From: Candidatus Poribacteria bacterium
Lineage (GTDB): Bacteria; Poribacteria; WGA-4E; UBA9662
Direction of reading: 5' to 3'
Assembly: GCA_046582655.1 (NCBI GenBank)
Contig: JAYGDX010000171.1
Span: 1 to 64,000, forward strand
Length of the DNA: 64,000 nt
This document shows, piece by piece, positions 61,196-64,000 of this stretch (the stretch's first letter is position 1; every line of letters begins with the position of its first letter). The position numbers were made by a program, and so were the translations under genes. The notes under the pieces are model-generated. The model was given only the letters and a program-made list of their open reading frames with translations. It searched no databases and had not been told where the DNA came from.

Positions 61196-62540
61196 GTAAC
61201 ACTCTTTTGGTCCTCTTACTGATCCGAAACAGGTCGCTTGTTCGGTAACCGATAACCCACATGATTTGGGCTTCGCATACTAGCAATGGTAAGCGGTCAC
61301 GCTCTGATTGTGGAACTTTGGCGTCGATAAGTAGATCTTTTATTTTTTTTCGTCCTGCCATTCCGAAAGGTTGGAAGCAATCCCCATCACGCCGGTTGCG
61401 GACATAGAGCGGAAATTGGCTGATGTCCCAGTCAAAGACTGCTTCAAACTTGCCGTCAGGATAGCTTGAAGGTAAATTGCTTCTTACTGAAGTTGAGATT
61501 TTACCATGAATCGCCGGGAGATCAGTAACATTTGGTACCGTAACCTCATACTGAAACTCGTCAGTTTGGATAGGAGATTGGTCTAACACCAGTTGGTTAT
61601 AGGCACGAGAGAAAACCAGACCATTCGGCAGGTGGAGTCTGCCGTTGGGCAAATGACCATTAATCAAGTCAATCATAGACTCGAAGTGTTTATAATAAAG
61701 ATCGGCGGTGCAACCCAGTTGTTCTATCATAGCCAATCGAAGGATTCGGCGTTGAATAGCAGGATGTTGATTGAGAAAATTGTCTCGATCTAGTATGTTT
61801 GCTCCGATCTTACACGCATCAAAAGCGGTAGTAGCAATCGTATCCAGAAAATCCGATTCTCCTTGAAGGATCTCGGCCATCCGGTTTAGGGCCTCCTGTA
61901 TATTCGGATTGTAATTTTCTTTTAGGTGTGGCATTAGATCAATCCGAATCCGGTTTCTCAAGTAACCTCGATCCATATTTGATTCATCATGGCATGGTGT
62001 TAAACCCAACGAATGAGTGAATTCTTCGATCTCAGTACGTGAAGAGGTAAGGAGTGGTCGAATGAATTTGCCGTCTCGCACCTTAAGCATTCCTCGGAGT
62101 CCAGTTATACCCGAACCGCGAAAGAGGCGCATTAGAACTGTTTCAGCTTGATCTCCAAGGTGGTGGCCGAGCGCAATTTTTGAAGCTCCTATTTGGTTGG
62201 AGACTTGCTCGAAGAATTGATATCTAGCTTGTCGTGCACTTGCTTCGGAAGAGTTTGGCAGGGAAATTTCTCGAACTGTCACCGGAAGATCCAAGCTTTG
62301 TGCCTGTTGACAAACATAAGTTGTGTCCTTAGCTGCATTGGATCTTAGACCGTGATTTAAATGTGCTACGTGAAGATGACAGCCAAGTTGGCTTTGTAAA
62401 TTGTTGAGCGAGTGGAGTAGTGCCAGTGAATCTGTCCCTCCGGAAACGGCGACAAGAACAATTTCCTTGGAGGAAATCATGTTGTGTTTGCATATAAACT
62501 GGTATATACGGTGAGAAAATCGCTTGGGCATATTTCTCAT
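61167..62540 (-). CDS. tilS: tRNA(Ile)-lysidine synthetase
   Basis: VAVSGGTDS, HLNHGLR, ARQARY, HH.GDQAETVL, RNRIR, C-terminal KKIKDLLID.KVP. Confidence 0.95.
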   Translation of the reverse strand: MRNMPKRFSHRIYQFICKHNMISSKEIVLVAVSGGTDSLALLHSLNNLQSQLGCHLHVAHLNHGLRSNAAKDTTYVCQQAQSLDLPVTVREISLPNSSEASARQARYQFFEQVSNQIGASKIALGHHLGDQAETVLMRLFRGSGITGLRGMLKVRDGKFIRPLLTSSRTEIEEFTHSLGLTPCHDESNMDRGYLRNRIRIDLMPHLKENYNPNIQEALNRMAEILQGESDFLDTIATTAFDACKIGANILDRDNFLNQHPAIQRRILRLAMIEQLGCTADLYYKHFESMIDLINGHLPNGRLHLPNGLVFSRAYNQLVLDQSPIQTDEFQYEVTVPNVTDLPAIHGKISTSVRSNLPSSYPDGKFEAVFDWDISQFPLYVRNRRDGDCFQPFGMAGRKKIKDLLIDAKVPQSERDRLPLLVCEAQIMWVIGYRTSDLFRISKRTKRVLHVTYENLNQ

Positions 62541-62553
62541 GTTGTGGAAGGAT

Positions 62554-62627
62554 TGCCGGCAGGGAGACTCGAACTCCCAACCTCACGATTATGAGTCGTA
62601 CGCTCTAACCAGTTGAGCTACACCGGC
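62554..62627 (-). tRNA. tRNA with CAT anticodon (elongator Met more likely than Ile2)
   Basis: GCCGGTGTAGCTCAACTGGTTAGAGCGTACGACT-CAT-AATCGTGAGGTTGGGAGTTCGAGTCTCCCTGCCGGCA. CCA not encoded. Confidence 0.92.
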
Positions 62628-62677
62628 AAGCAAAAGAAATGGGAAACGCGCGTCAATTGCGTCCCCCATTTTCAGAA

Positions 62678-62751
<74 letters not shown>

Positions 62752-62779
62752 ACAAGTTTACGCCGTAATGAGTAAAGTG

Positions 62780-62869
62780 TGGTGGGCGAGAAGGGACTTG
62801 AACCCTTAAGCTCGTATTAGGAGCGACGGATTTTAAGTCCGTTGTGTTTACCAATTTCACCACTCGCCC
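62780..62869 (-). tRNA. tRNA-Leu (TAA)
   Basis: GGGCGAGTGGTGAAATTGGTAAAC...GGACT-TAA-AATCC, long variable arm, encoded CCA. Confidence 0.95.
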
Positions 62870-62900
62870 TTCATGCTCAGGTTGGTAAACAGCGTAGTAA

Positions 62901-62930
62901 ATAGTAAATTATATTGTTTAGATTTGTCAA
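62901..62930 (-). promoter_or_regulatory. Putative sigma70 promoter for the tRNA cluster
   Basis: Minus strand TTGACA-18 nt-TACTAT. Confidence 0.5.
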
Positions 62931-62938
62931 CTCTTTTT

Positions 62939-63229
62939 TTAATTAAGCAACCTGGAATCAGAACGTAGAATGTGATATGTCTGCTCACCGGGTTTGCTAT
63001 AACCGTATTGGCGAACAAGACGTTCTCGTGTCAGCGGATTTGTCTGCAATTTGACAATTTCTATTTTTAATTGATCCCATTCTTCTTTGAGATCGGCAAT
63101 GTCTTGCAAATAATTTTTTTCTGCATAAATCGATTTCCGCCATTTGCCGAATTCATCGAATGAACAGCGTAAGTTTATTAGAAAGAGTAGCGTGACAATG
63201 ATAACAAGAAATAATTGAATAATTCGCAT
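62939..63229 (-). CDS. Septum formation initiator (FtsB/DivIC family)
   Basis: N-terminal TM, coiled coil, E..VR..YGYSKPGE; in the usual position downstream of eno. Confidence 0.75.
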   Translation of the reverse strand: MRIIQLFLVIIVTLLFLINLRCSFDEFGKWRKSIYAEKNYLQDIADLKEEWDQLKIEIVKLQTNPLTRERLVRQYGYSKPGEQTYHILRSDSRLLN

Positions 63230-63254
63230 ACAGTTTCATTATCCGTGATTTTCG

Positions 63255-64000
<746 letters not shown>

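Overview
Bacterial chromosomal window, GC roughly low-40s % by eye. It is most likely Candidatus Poribacteria, inferred from four secreted LamG proteins ending in a KLxxxW[GA]x[IV]K tail, several PhyH-type dioxygenases, sulfatases, and a giant surface protein ending in an NYPNPFNPETWIP domain. The left flank holds the left end of an IS30-family element, a pdxS-pdxT-mqnE-mqnA-CysE-like operon, holA, MoxR, a GHMP kinase, HU, an orphan FliL-like gene, acs, a 1695-aa repeat adhesin and recG. The middle (about 19.5-57.4 kb) is accessory and catabolic: LamG proteins, PhyH dioxygenases, sulfatases, four xylose-isomerase-like TIM barrels, Gfo/Idh/MocA oxidoreductases, and at least six pseudogenes or gene remnants. 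The best candidate for an undescribed system is at 36.1-45.6 kb. There a sigma54-type promoter with a 21-bp palindrome upstream precedes an exported alpha/alpha-barrel protein and a TonB-dependent receptor. These are followed on the same strand by a decayed MFS transporter, a second CARDB/Zn-ribbon alpha/alpha-barrel protein, a DOMON-like heme protein, a membrane cytochrome b plus triheme c fusion, and a Kelch propeller. The right flank is core: purQ, purL, hpt, tilS, three tRNAs, an FtsB/DivIC-like gene and partial eno. No CRISPR array or rRNA was seen. All family calls come from motif recognition by eye, with no database searches.
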